A stretch of 58,823 bases of DNA, the filler included, from Sphacelaria rigidula (lineage: Eukaryota): NCBI GenBank assembly GCA_964200075.2. It is 6 parts of 6 records of this genome, joined end to end, with 100 filler letters (N's around TTAATTAATTAA, not from the genome) between each part and the next. Parts side by side here need not be neighbours in the genome. Positions count along the whole stretch, not along the records: positions 9,822 to 19,542 come from CAXNAA020007896.1; positions 19,643 to 29,363 come from CAXNAA020007897.1; 4 more parts are not named here. One strand, written 5' to 3'. The translations under genes were made by a program, and so were the position numbers. Below, piece after piece: positions 11,951 through 22,982 of this stretch (position 1 is its first letter; each line of letters begins with the position of its first letter). The notes beneath the pieces were generated by a model. The model did not search any database and was not told the DNA's origin. It saw nothing but the letters and a program-made list of their open reading frames with translations.

Positions 11951-13567
11951 CTTTTCCACAAGCCCTTCTGCGCGATTCATCCCCACACTCGGTGTCCGCA
12001 TTCCCGAGGCCAGCCCCTTGAACGCGGCAGGCGTTAGCCTCGCCTTGAACTCCGGCCCAAATCCCTCGCTTTCACCGCTTGACTCTCCTGCCCCTCCCAT
12101 GTTGCCAATATTGTCCGTCTCTCTCGGCACTGGTGAAATGAAGCGTCCAGCCGGCGGCCGAGAGGAGACCGACTCCCGCCCCGATGATCTACCCCGTATC
12201 GCTGACGCTGGTGGCAAATTGGTCCACTCCTGGTGCGACTCAACCGGTCCCTGCTCCCCGCCAAATTTTCGCCCCCCTACGTCCCATGCGATGCTGGTAT
12301 TTGTGCTGCTGGTGTTGCCGTTGTGACGAAAGCCCCTCTCAACATCGGTCCTGTTTCCAGCGCCCGCGGCAATATCCTCGCCAACAACAGCGACCTTCTC
12401 CATCCGCACGTGAACATCGAGAGGTTCATGGAGATACGTCTGCAATGTAGGCTCTAGCGCAGCTGTCAGCGCCGATTTTCTGTCCGTCGGCAGTGGCGGT
12501 GGCATTCGCGCAACCTTTTTGCTGCGCCCGAAGATTGCATCGGCGGTGGCAGGCTCGTCGACGTCACTGGCGACTGGGATGGTTGCTTCCAGCTGCGAAA
12601 GAGTGTCCACAGGCCTGCCGGCAATGCCAGCGGTTTCCACGGCCGCAGCAGCTGTTGCCAGAGCAGAACCAGAAGCTACCGCCGTCGTGATCGTGTCCGG
12701 GGCTGATACCGTTTTTACCCGAGACGAAGATTCCGATGCCGCAGTGGTGTGCTCTAATTGCATGCCTGCCCCTCGCGACATAAAGAGTGTTCCTTGATCC
12801 GTAACGTCTTCGGGTGCGTTCAGGCCTAATGGGTCAGTGCTCCCCCGGTGCTGGACCGGCGCAGCAGCACCAGCAGCCTCCGCTGCCGCTGCCATGGATC
12901 TCGGAGGTGTTCGAGAAATCTTTGGTGTCCTCGCGAACGCAGCCAATTCCTCATGAGGGGGATCGATTTTGGCGATAGCCGCTGTTGGGGTCGCTGCTCC
13001 CGTGGATCTCGGAGGTGTTCGAGAAATCTTTGGTGTCCTCGCGAACGCAGCCAATTCCTCATGAGGGGGATCGATTTTGGGGATCGGCGCAGTGGGGGTG
13101 CTTGCGTTGTTCTTGGTTGCTAGCACTATCGACGATGTGCTGTTGCCCGCTGCTATCTTCTTTCTTGATGGACTCTGCGACGCAACCACTCTCTGTTTGT
13201 GCGATGGGACTTTGTTCTCCGCCTCCACCGTTCCGTCACCTGGCCTACTGTTGATGTTTTTGAAATTGTGCTGGTGAGCCAGCTGCTGTCCCGCAACGGG
13301 TTTGAGGGGTGATCTGGGTAACTGGCCGCGTGTTCGAAACGGGTTTTTCGGCGGGACCACCGACGCAGAGCTCCATGCCTCCATGATACCCCTGCGATGT
13401 ACGTCAGGCATGGCATGCTCCGGCTGTTGCTGTGGGTGCTGCTGTGTCGGGGCTTTCGCCTTAGACGGTGGCACTGCAGTGGCCCGCACTCTGGTGTCCG
13501 CTTTGGCTGGTAAGTTTAACCCTTGATTCCGCGGTTTTTTCTTGCCTGAACTCCACGCAAGTGGCAT
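11951..13567 (-). CDS. First large exon of an unknown Ser/Ala/Pro-rich, probably disordered protein
   Basis: ATG-initiated ORF of over 530 codons (MPLAWSSGKKKPRNQ...), probable donor AAG|GTGAGG at 11951. Contains an in-frame 108-bp tandem duplication. No recognisable domain. Confidence 0.7.
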
Positions 13568-14340
13568 GTTGAAGGTTTAATCTACGTGGACTATATCCTG
13601 CATAAAACTCGCCCTGATCTTTTCGGGTACAGCCGGGCCGTCCCGTACTGCCTCCGGCTTATCTTCAGCACCGTCTCCTTTGGCGGCGGGGTGTCTCTCC
13701 TGTCTTCAAAATAGCCAACGGCCGAATCGCATAAAAACAGTCTTACTCCACTGAGTAGATCATGACATATGACCTGCTGAAGCATGCTGCCCCTAACAAT
13801 CTTGGTTCACAGCCGGCAGCTGTCCAAGAGTTCCAGGACCACATGAGCTACTACAGTTGCGCTACCTGCAACAGAACAGTCGCTTTGAAGGTAATCTTTA
13901 ACTTGTCGAGAGATTGAATGGTTCATTTGTCGAGCACTTGATATTGCTGTCTGAAGACATGAGTGCGGAGTAATACTGAAGTACGCCATTATAGCGGCCT
14001 AAGCACCAGGGAGAGCAGTATCAGCTGCTGTCTGTACTCCTCACTTGTCCTTTTCTGCAGTACGGTAAACGCAGCGATATGCTCACTACGCGACATGGCC
14101 GAGATTTCAACCCTGAAACATTTCAAACATCCCTGGTGCGGAGATGCTTGATGACATAATCGTAACTCCGTGGGGACAGTACACAGCAAGGACACAGCAC
14201 ATGAAACCAGCTGGGGAGTGTGAGTGTACTGTTGTATTATACTCCGTAGTAGAGACGGCTGTAACGGTCCCACTCCCCCCTCCCTTACGTACGCCGGCCA
14301 AATCTGCGCGCAGCACCGCCGCCCTCTCCAAGCATGTCTC

Positions 14341-17300
14341 ATGGCCCTGCTAGCCTCCCTATCCAAGGCTTTCATCCCGACATCAATGCGAGTATCCTCG
14401 TTTATGTCGACTTCCTCATCGACAACAACACCTAGACGCATCCATGGCACCCGTCAACGTACCCGGCGGTCACATGAAGGTGGCTCCCGGCCCTTGCTGC
14501 ATGTAGTTCCATCGAAGTTTGCGGACAGTAGGCGAAGTCGTGATTTCGAGTTACCCCGGATCCTTGCGGCAACCCCCAATGACTCCGGCACCGGCAAAGA
14601 GGCAGCTCCGGGCGTCGCCTTTGATGACGTGAAAAGTGACACGATGGCCACCATCGAAGCGGCCGAGAGAGCCTTGACAGAGGCGGGCGCATCCCAAGCG
14701 ACGGAGGACGACGAAGTCCAAGCGACCGTTGCCGCGGCGCGAGCGGCGGCACGAGCTGCTATGAATTCTTTGCGGAGAGATGCTGACGGCTCCGGGTTTG
14801 CGGGGGGCGGTGGTGGACTTGAGGATGAGATACAGAGCGCATTTGCTGCTCGACAGGTGCGTGGAGTTCGCCCCGTGTTGTGTTGTGTGATGCATTTTCT
14901 AAATGTTGTTGGCGCCAAAGAGAGAGCGGTTCACCTCCTTTCGGTTATTGACGTGAGCATTTCGATCCATCGTTCCTACGCCAAGTACTCTAGCTAACCG
15001 TTGTTTCTGAACTCCCGCGTAAGTTCGGTGACGAGCAATCTTCACGGGACCGCGTAATGTCGGGAAGAGTACTTGAACTTCTCCTGAACATCTGCCAAAA
15101 TCGCCTGATGTGTTGCATCAGTTTTCCGATAAAAAAGAAACAACGTTGCCTGCCCTTCACTATCCAGCCCGATCTCGTGCGCATCCCGTAATGCACCGGC
15201 ACCCGCTAATTTCAGCACCTTGCTCCCTTCATGTGCACTATAACTAATTTTTGTCTATCCCTGATTACTGACGATCCTCCGTATCCAAATTTGACATACA
15301 TGCGCGCGCGCCATTGCATCCTTCCTCGGCACCTCCGCCAAGATCAGGCAGTCATCTCCCCGGCGCGCGCTGCTGTAGATGCCGCTCTGTCTGCCGTGGC
15401 CGAAAAATCAGGAGAAGAGACAGCCAGCATCCCTTCCCCTTCGGCAGCAGAAGCGCGAAAAGCAATCGAGATTGTGCAAGCAGCCCTCGGCCGGAGAGAC
15501 GAGGCGGCTGCGAGTCTCGAAGGCCCAATCTCCGACATGCCCAACGTGAACAGCAATGCGGCCAAGGACGGCAAGGCAACGGCTGATAGTACAGGAGATG
15601 AGGTGGCAATCGAAGAGCGGGCAGCGGTTGAAAAGGGCACGGGGGAAGCTGCGGGCGTGGGCGAAGGGGATGACTTTGATGAGGAGCCGACGAAGGAGCC
15701 AGAGTCTGCCTTGCAGACAAGGAATAGTCCAGCTGCGTCTCACGGTCTTCTGGCGCATCTACTATGGTAGGAGCTGTCAGTTGAGGCTGAAGCCGTATCG
15801 TGACGAGGTTGGTGTGCCTTTTTCCGGTGTGTGCTCTCTACAACACGTACTTCCCCTGATGTTTATTCGATGACGTGAATGAAAGAAACCATGAAGGGAG
15901 TCGAGTGTTTATTCATTCCTTGGTGTCTGAAAGTGAAATGGCAGCTTCAAGCCGTCACAACACGAAGAGTCAGACGCGATACGAATACCTGCGTGGATAC
16001 TACCGGAAATTCTACAAGGTCTAGCGCCATAATTTCCTCGTCCCTTCATGCACCGTCAACACGTATGGGATACTGACATTTTTCAGGCGGCAAGTTGCTG
16101 GGCCAGGGGATACGGTGATAGACTGCACGGCTGGAAATGGGCATGATTCCCTGGAGCTGGCAAAAATTGTCGCGCTCGAGGATGGTGTCGGCAGACTATA
16201 TTGCATAGATATCCAGGTAGGCTGCACACATTAGCCGGAAGCGCCAAGACCTTCATATTTTGTACTTTGGTTGTAACAGCAAAAATATCTTGCATTATTA
16301 TTGTGCACGCGCGGCCGACAGATCTCGCAGCTCCGGGTTTATACCTGACGACGAGAGAGGATGCAAACTTTCTGGACGTATCCCTACCGCTTGGTGCTGT
16401 GGCACTTTGTCCGTTAAAACGAAGAAATGAGACCCAACCCGATGGCTTTCGTCCTCTCGAATGCGCAGAGTCCGCGCTGCCACACGCTCGATTTCGTGCT
16501 TCAGGCCACAAGTATTCCCTGTGCCCTGTTCCCTTCCACGGTGGGGGCAGGAAGCGGATCGATCCGTCAGCAAACAAGACTGAGATTTTTGTGTGTTCTT
16601 CAATTGGATGTACTTGTTGTGGTCGATGCTCGTGTTTTGCTACCATCACTACAGGAACAGGCGCTGCAGGCCACACGCACAAAATTGCAGTCGGAGCTGG
16701 GAGATCGGGCGATAAAACGAGCGATTTTTAAGAGGGGGAATTTCCGCGATCTTCCCGAGGGAGTGGCGCCCATGTCTGTGCAACTCATCGTGTAAGTGTT
16801 GTGTAGAGACGATTGCCTGCCCTTTCGACACAGCTGCTATCAGTAGAATTTAAAGATTGGTTACCGACGCGCTCTGCCTACCAGGGTGCGCTTCGATCCG
16901 ACGGCAGTACTCTTGACATGTTCCACAACCATTGCGTTCGACATTGACAACACCACCTGGATATAACGGGCGTGCCAACAGGTATAATTTGGGGTGGTTA
17001 CCGGGGGGGGACAAAACGATCACGACGAAGCTTGAAGATACGCTCAAGAGCATCGATATTGCGAAGCGGTTAGTTCAAAGTGGCGGGATGATCAGCGTCA
17101 TGTGCTACCAGGGTCACGCTGAGGTGCGTTTTGCCATTGGCATTCTCTCATCTCGCGCTATACCAAAGATGAACAAGGGACGTGCTGCATGATGATTTCG
17201 TAGGATTTCGTAGTTGTGGCGAAATAACCGAAGCTGGAGCCGGTTGCGGTAATATTGTATGCTGTTCAAGCGTCAGTAATCGCAAGCAGCATCCGCCCGT

Positions 17301-17735
17301 CCACTCTGTCGAGCGTGTCTCGTGCACCCCAACCCCGGGAGGATTCCAAGACAAGGAAGTACCACGTACAGTATAACTATGTAGCTGGATGACGTAAAAC
17401 TCTGTTGGTGTGTAGAAGTTGGGTTCCCCAGGACCCAACCGGTGCTGGGCGCCCGTCAAGCCGATAACCTCTGCAAGAAAAATGAAGAAGAAAAAAAAGT
17501 CTACAGTGGCTCTTGGCAAAGCTGGTTCACGTCCCGATATTCTTCTTCCCTGTCTGATATTTGCGTTACTGCATCTCTGCTTCCGTAACGTTATGTTGTG
17601 ATTCAGGGCGCGCGGGAGACAAAGGCTGTTCTGGAATACGTGAAAAGCCTGACGCATTACCACTGGAGAGTGTTTGTTCACGAGAGGACGAATAGGCCGG
17701 GATCCCCGCTGCTCGTCACCCTTTACCGACTGTGA
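14341..17735 (+). CDS. mnmM: SAM-dependent methyltransferase, YtqB/MnmM (Pfam rRNA_methylase) family, with long N-terminal extension; probably plastid-targeted
   Basis: Exons 14341-14856, 15348-15766, 16087-16216, 16655-16791, 16982-17123 and 17607-17735 splice in phase with GT-AG. Motifs AHLLWRQVAGPGDTVIDCTAGNGHDSLELA, GRLYCIDIQEQAL, YNLGWLPGGDKTITT, GGMISVMCYQGHAEGARE, then TGA. Start codon uncertain. Confidence 0.88.
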
Positions 17736-18225
17736 TACGGTAGCATGATACCTTGCGAGTGCGTCGGCGTTTGTCGGTCGTTTCATGAATTTTCGAATGA
17801 GGTGCAAGAACCTCGCCCTCATGGCCCTGCCGACGGTCAGCGTACTTGCGCGTTGTACATACGAACTTGGATGTGAATGTGCGCCAGCATTTGGGGCATG
17901 TGTTGTGTCCAGTAATCATGTTGTAAAAGTGAGGGGAAATCCAATTAGCTTTCTCATTTTCTCCCGTGGTTGTCGCGCTCATCCCCAGCTCAAATGACAC
18001 CTGCGCAAATTACAAGACAAGCCACGCCGCAACTGCAATGGACTCGTTGAAAAATCTGTCATCTCAAGTGCTTCAACAAGCTCAGTAGTCTTGCCGCTTC
18101 TCCGCGTTGGTTTTTACTTTTCACCGACATGAGCTGCCGCAGCGATTCCGACCACCCTACACCCTTGGTTGGCTTATTGAAGTGAAGTCGAAGGGCAACT
18201 GCAGAAGCAATACAGCCCATCATAC

Positions 18226-18424
18226 CCCAAGTCGAAAAAAATCCAGGAGTTGGCTGCTGCAAGGAGGTAGGCCACGCTGAACTCTGATATGGATAGTATC
18301 GACCGCATGAATAGAGCTGTTCTGGACGAACGGACGTGGTGTACGTTGTGCCATTCTCCAATCAGCAGTTTGAGGGCTGCCCTTCCGTCGTCACAACCAA
18401 CCATGCTTTCGTGGGATTGAGAGT
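18226..18424 (-). CDS. Possible exon of an unknown convergent gene
   Basis: Pyrimidine-rich acceptor ctataacag, open frame DSQSHESMVGCDDGRAALKLLIGEWHNVHH...NSWIFFDL, donor GG|gtatga. No homology recognised. Confidence 0.3.
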
Positions 18425-19404
18425 CTGTTATAGGATACGATTGAGATTGAAAATCGGTCAATTAATGAATGAAGTTCCACTTCCGAAATGTTCCTCTGGG
18501 CCTTGTATGAGGCTCGATACGCTTTCTGTAGTAGCTTGGCACTGAAGCCTTTGATAGCCCTGAGTAGGGTGTCGACGTGTAGCTGTAAGCACACGACGGC
18601 GTTACAGGCAAAGAGAAGTACACACAAAATGAAAATCTTGTTTAGTTAGGCGAATAATAAAACTCGCTCTCAATCTCAAAAAAACTTGTTGACCGCGTGC
18701 ATCCAAGAGCATTCCAGCAAAAAAATAGATTGGGTAACTAAACTAGTACGAAGGGTTATCACGCTACCATTTTCTCGCGCGCTTCTCATTGTGCCATCGC
18801 TACTCATTCACTGACTGTGAATATAGGTCTTATGTAGCACGTGTCTTGGACTCAAACGGAATGTAAAAATGATGCCGATTCCACAAACGGCTAAAAAGAT
18901 CACGGCTTGATCGAAGCTATACTCTCAATATGGCGGAAATGTTGAAATGTTGTTGTCTCACGAAGACCAAAACCCATACCCAAACACTCACGCATGTGCA
19001 CATCATCAGCTGGACACAGGTAATCACAAATTACAGTGAATTATATGGGCTTTTCCACAGGTTCATCCTTGAAAAATATGCATCCTCAATTCAAGGGGGT
19101 CCGCTTTTTTTAATCAACACTCCAACTTTTTCAACTTCGACCTCTCGGACAGGGGGGTAGGTAACCAGGGTACCCCCCCCCCCCCCTCCCCAATGATGCT
19201 TTACTAACTCCTATATAAACCTTGACTACTCTGATTTCTCTACAAGAGTACCATTAAAAACCGCCCACTATACCAGCATGTAGCCTTCACCACTCAACCC
19301 CCCATGGGCCACCCGCCTCCGCTGGCATACTGTTGTGCTGGTTTGAGGGTGGTATACTGTTACCAAGTGGTTAAGGCATATTCTCCGCTACACTGGACCG
19401 CCGC

Positions 19405-19542
19405 GCCCCGGTGGTGTAATGGTCCGAATTTCGCCCTTAGAGTGGGAAGAACGGGGTTCGATTCCCGATGCGAGCAATGCTACGGTAGGGGCGCACTTTT
19501 TTCGCGAAATTATGTCTGGTTCAGAGGCTCCTAACGATTCTA
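19405..19542 (+). mobile_element. tRNA-derived SINE 5' part (tRNA-Pro-like head), cut by contig end
   Basis: GCCCCGGTGGTGTAATGGTCCGAATTTCGCCCTTAGAGTGGGAAGAACGGGGTTCGATTCCCG has A and B boxes. The last 38 bp match the first 38 bp of contig 6 (49104). Confidence 0.72.
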
Positions 19543-19642
19543 NNNNNNNNNNNNNNNNNNNNNNNNNNNNNNNNNNNNNNNNNNNNTTAATTAATTAANN
19601 NNNNNNNNNNNNNNNNNNNNNNNNNNNNNNNNNNNNNNNNNN
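19543..19642. other. Artificial contig spacer
   Basis: N44-TTAATTAATTAA-N44. Confidence 0.98.
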
Positions 19643-21139
19643 CTGGGCTGCGTGTACCTGGGTTGCAACGCTGAAAACAAAGCCTAGGGATTGGTTCGTA
19701 CGACTCGGATCAATTGCACTGAAACCAAGTAATTTCCAGACGAATCATTGACTTGTCCAACCCTTGGAGTTTTCACATACCAAGGATGGATGGAAAGAGC
19801 ATCCATGATCCCGTACCGATGACAAGACGGTGTCCGCAACAGTCACGCATATAACACGCACAAGTCAAGAAGGTGTGCACAACAGTCACGCATATAACAC
19901 ACACAAGTGCAAGTGTGTTTACGCGTATCATGCAACAACTCAAACGCCGACTCAAGTCCGTCCAAGGCGCCGGAGTTAACAAATTTTAAAAAACACGTGT
20001 GTACTGTAGGGTCCTCACACGCTTCCACACGTCACGTCGAACAGATCATTTTCTTTGGGACCCAGGTCATATAGGTGGAGTGTGAACACATTTGTGTACA
20101 CGATTCGAATGACACAGTTAGACCATCTATGGAGCGGTCCTCTTGTTCCGGGTATCATCGATGACGAGGGAGGTACCTGGTACGAGTAATGAGGATACAC
20201 AGGTTGTTGTTGACGTTTCGAGTATCCCTGATTCGGGTTACATTGGTGTGCCCAAGGAGGTGATGTACGGATAAACAGAGTATACAAACCACCTACAGCA
20301 GGCTTGTACGAATACTCGCGCCATGGAGATCACCATCAGGCAGACTTGTGCAAATCACCCGGGCCATACACATATTTCATCACGCCATGTGTACAGAGCA
20401 CCCGGATACTATAGGTCACCACACGAGATATGTGTATAGGTTAAACGGACCACACGGATACAGATCAATCGCAGATCGTTAAGGCCATATGGCTGATCGT
20501 CGAGAAGGCTGGCGGTAGGTACCCGTGCTTCATCAACGCCGGCAACGTACACGTCAACGACTCCTAAATTTGTTGTGAGACGCTGGCCGAAGAACGTTTT
20601 GATGAGCCAATGAGCATATAGCCGCATCTTATTTCTTCCTTTTCCCTCCGCGCATGAGTGTACACCTTGGACGAGCAAATGCGAAACCAGTCGTCCTTAC
20701 AGCCGCTACCACAACGGAACATAGGCGTCATCTACGCAAATCATAACCACTATTCCTCACTACTTCTGCTACTGCTACCGGAGTGAAGAAGTCCAAGTAC
20801 AAGGACATTGGGCTGACCACTTACTGTTGCTGGCATTGTTGCACAAAAGGTGCCCGGCGGTAGTCAGTGCCAATGCCCAGAGGCCGCTGCTGAACATACT
20901 ATTTGGGTGTGAACTGAGTGGGTGTTGCAATCGGCAAAACGGTGGGCGTTTGGTGAGATGACCTCGCTCCTCGGGGTCATGACAGGTCCCGTTTCGTCCA
21001 CAGATCTTAACTGTGTTGAGCATGCGAGCAGATCAAACTTCCTCGTGAGTGCACAGCTTCGGAAAAAATGTGCGCGTGGAACCACTCGCAATAAATTCAG
21101 GGCGCTTATCGTAACATGTCATAACTTTGTTACACGCGG

Positions 21140-21290
21140 AAAGTTGAGAGTCGGGCCAGGCTAGTGCTTTGGTGGGGGACCACGTGGGAAGCCCTGTTTA
21201 AAGTGAGCACACAAAGTGGAAGCAGTCAAATCACGGCTCCCCACGTGGTCCCCCACCGTAGTACAAGCGTGACCCGACGCTCAACGTTTC
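21140..21290. repeat. Long inverted repeat / hairpin
   Basis: Arms GTTGAGAGTCGGGCCAGGCTAGTGCTTTGGTGGGGGACCACGTGGGAAGCC and GGCTCCCCACGTGGTCCCCCACCGTAGTACAAGCGTGACCCGACGCTCAAC. Confidence 0.85.
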
Positions 21291-22576
21291 GTGCTAAATG
21301 TAAAAAAATACATGTACTTCATGTCCCATATGCCGGGCTACTACAGTCAACCAACAACCTACGGACTCATGAACATGCACATCGTACGCGAGCCATAAAG
21401 GTTAGCAGGTGCGGAATACTGAACACTGTTTGTTGTATACTTTCAAGGGATGCTCCGACAGTGCACGGCTTCAAAACAAATGTGCATCCCTACCGTCGAG
21501 CGACTCAGAATGAACATACGTGTATGTACTTCATGTTCCATGTACCGGCTGCTGCAGTCGACCTACGCACTTGTGAACATGCATTGTACCCGAGCCATAC
21601 AGGTGAGCAGGTGAAGAATACTGGATACTGTTTTCTTGTTTGCTTGATCCAGATCTTACGGGTGCGGGAAAGTGTTTCTGCGGATCTTTTACAGATGACA
21701 CAGTTCTGCGGATCAGTTGCACTCGAAAGTGTGTGTGTCAAGCGGGTTCTACAGATCGTCAGTCGGTGAATATGTACGGGTCAGGCGGGTCCTACACATC
21801 ACCACCGAGCAAACGTGCACGGGTGACAGCACACCGCGGACAGATCACGATCTATGCCCCAAATGAGCTGACCTGGATCTGTCACGACCTGATTTGTCCA
21901 ACGTGTGGAGGCGTCGTTCGGTGCCCCGAAATATCAGCACCCATGTCTGAGCAAATCCTCTCTGCAGGAGATACACAGGTTGAATGAGACGTAGGGCAAT
22001 TAATCTACGTGGCAGGCCACCAGGAACAACAGGCTCTGCGAGTAAAAAACAGCACCTTACTTGCCATTTAGTGAGCATGAATCCATTCGGATTACAAAAG
22101 GTCGAGTACTGACGCCACCTGTCACATCAAACACTTGGCAATCTACCTTAAGCTTCCGCACTTTAGCCTTCCGGATGAGGAATAGATGCACCATGCAGTA
22201 CACCATGTCGGTAGATCTAGTTACCGATTGATTGTAGCACATTGACCGATCATCATCCACAAGAGACGTACCCAAGGTAATCAAAATGGAAACGTTGGCT
22301 TAAGAATAACGCAAGTGGAAACAATAAAAAGATTGAACAAAAAACGGAGCCAACTAAAAAATAACGTACAAAAACAAGGACGAAAATGAAGGGAAAGAAA
22401 CGGAGAACACCGAGAAAATATATGATGTGAACAATAGTTTAGCAGGTGTCGGAGTCGCCAAACAACCAAGGTCGCGATCGACCACCGCCAGGTGGGGGGG
22501 GGCGGGGGTTGAAGCAGTCAACGCAGTATTTTATGTGCGATGAAGTCCATGGTTCGTTCCGCGCCTCCCTGCATAC

Positions 22577-22933
22577 CTCTTGCGTGGTACAGATGGATCC
22601 CACTCCCATGCCCACTCGCAACGCGTCCACCCCGGATTTGATGAGGTTGGCGGCCTGGCGGGCTGTCACCACGTTGCCCCCGACGACATCGATGTTGGGG
22701 TACTTCTTCTTTATGTACTTGACCATCTCATGCTGGTACATCGAGTCACCCTGCGAAGAATCAATCACGATGATGTCTGCGCCCGCCTGCTCGTGCGAGA
22801 CAGCATCCGCGCAATGTTGTGTTTCAAAAACAACAGCTAAGACTCATAGGGGGAGCTGATGACCATGCGGGCGGTTTGCAACTCCACCTGACACAGCAAA
22901 ATCGCGTAACATGGCTCTTTCCACTTTATGCAT

Positions 22934-22982
<49 letters not shown>

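Noticed and set aside
19405-19478. Functional tRNA gene
   Set aside because: Acceptor, D and anticodon stems are poorly paired, and it continues into a repeat body shared with 49104. Better explained as a SINE head. The same applies to 3988, 52893 and 57480.
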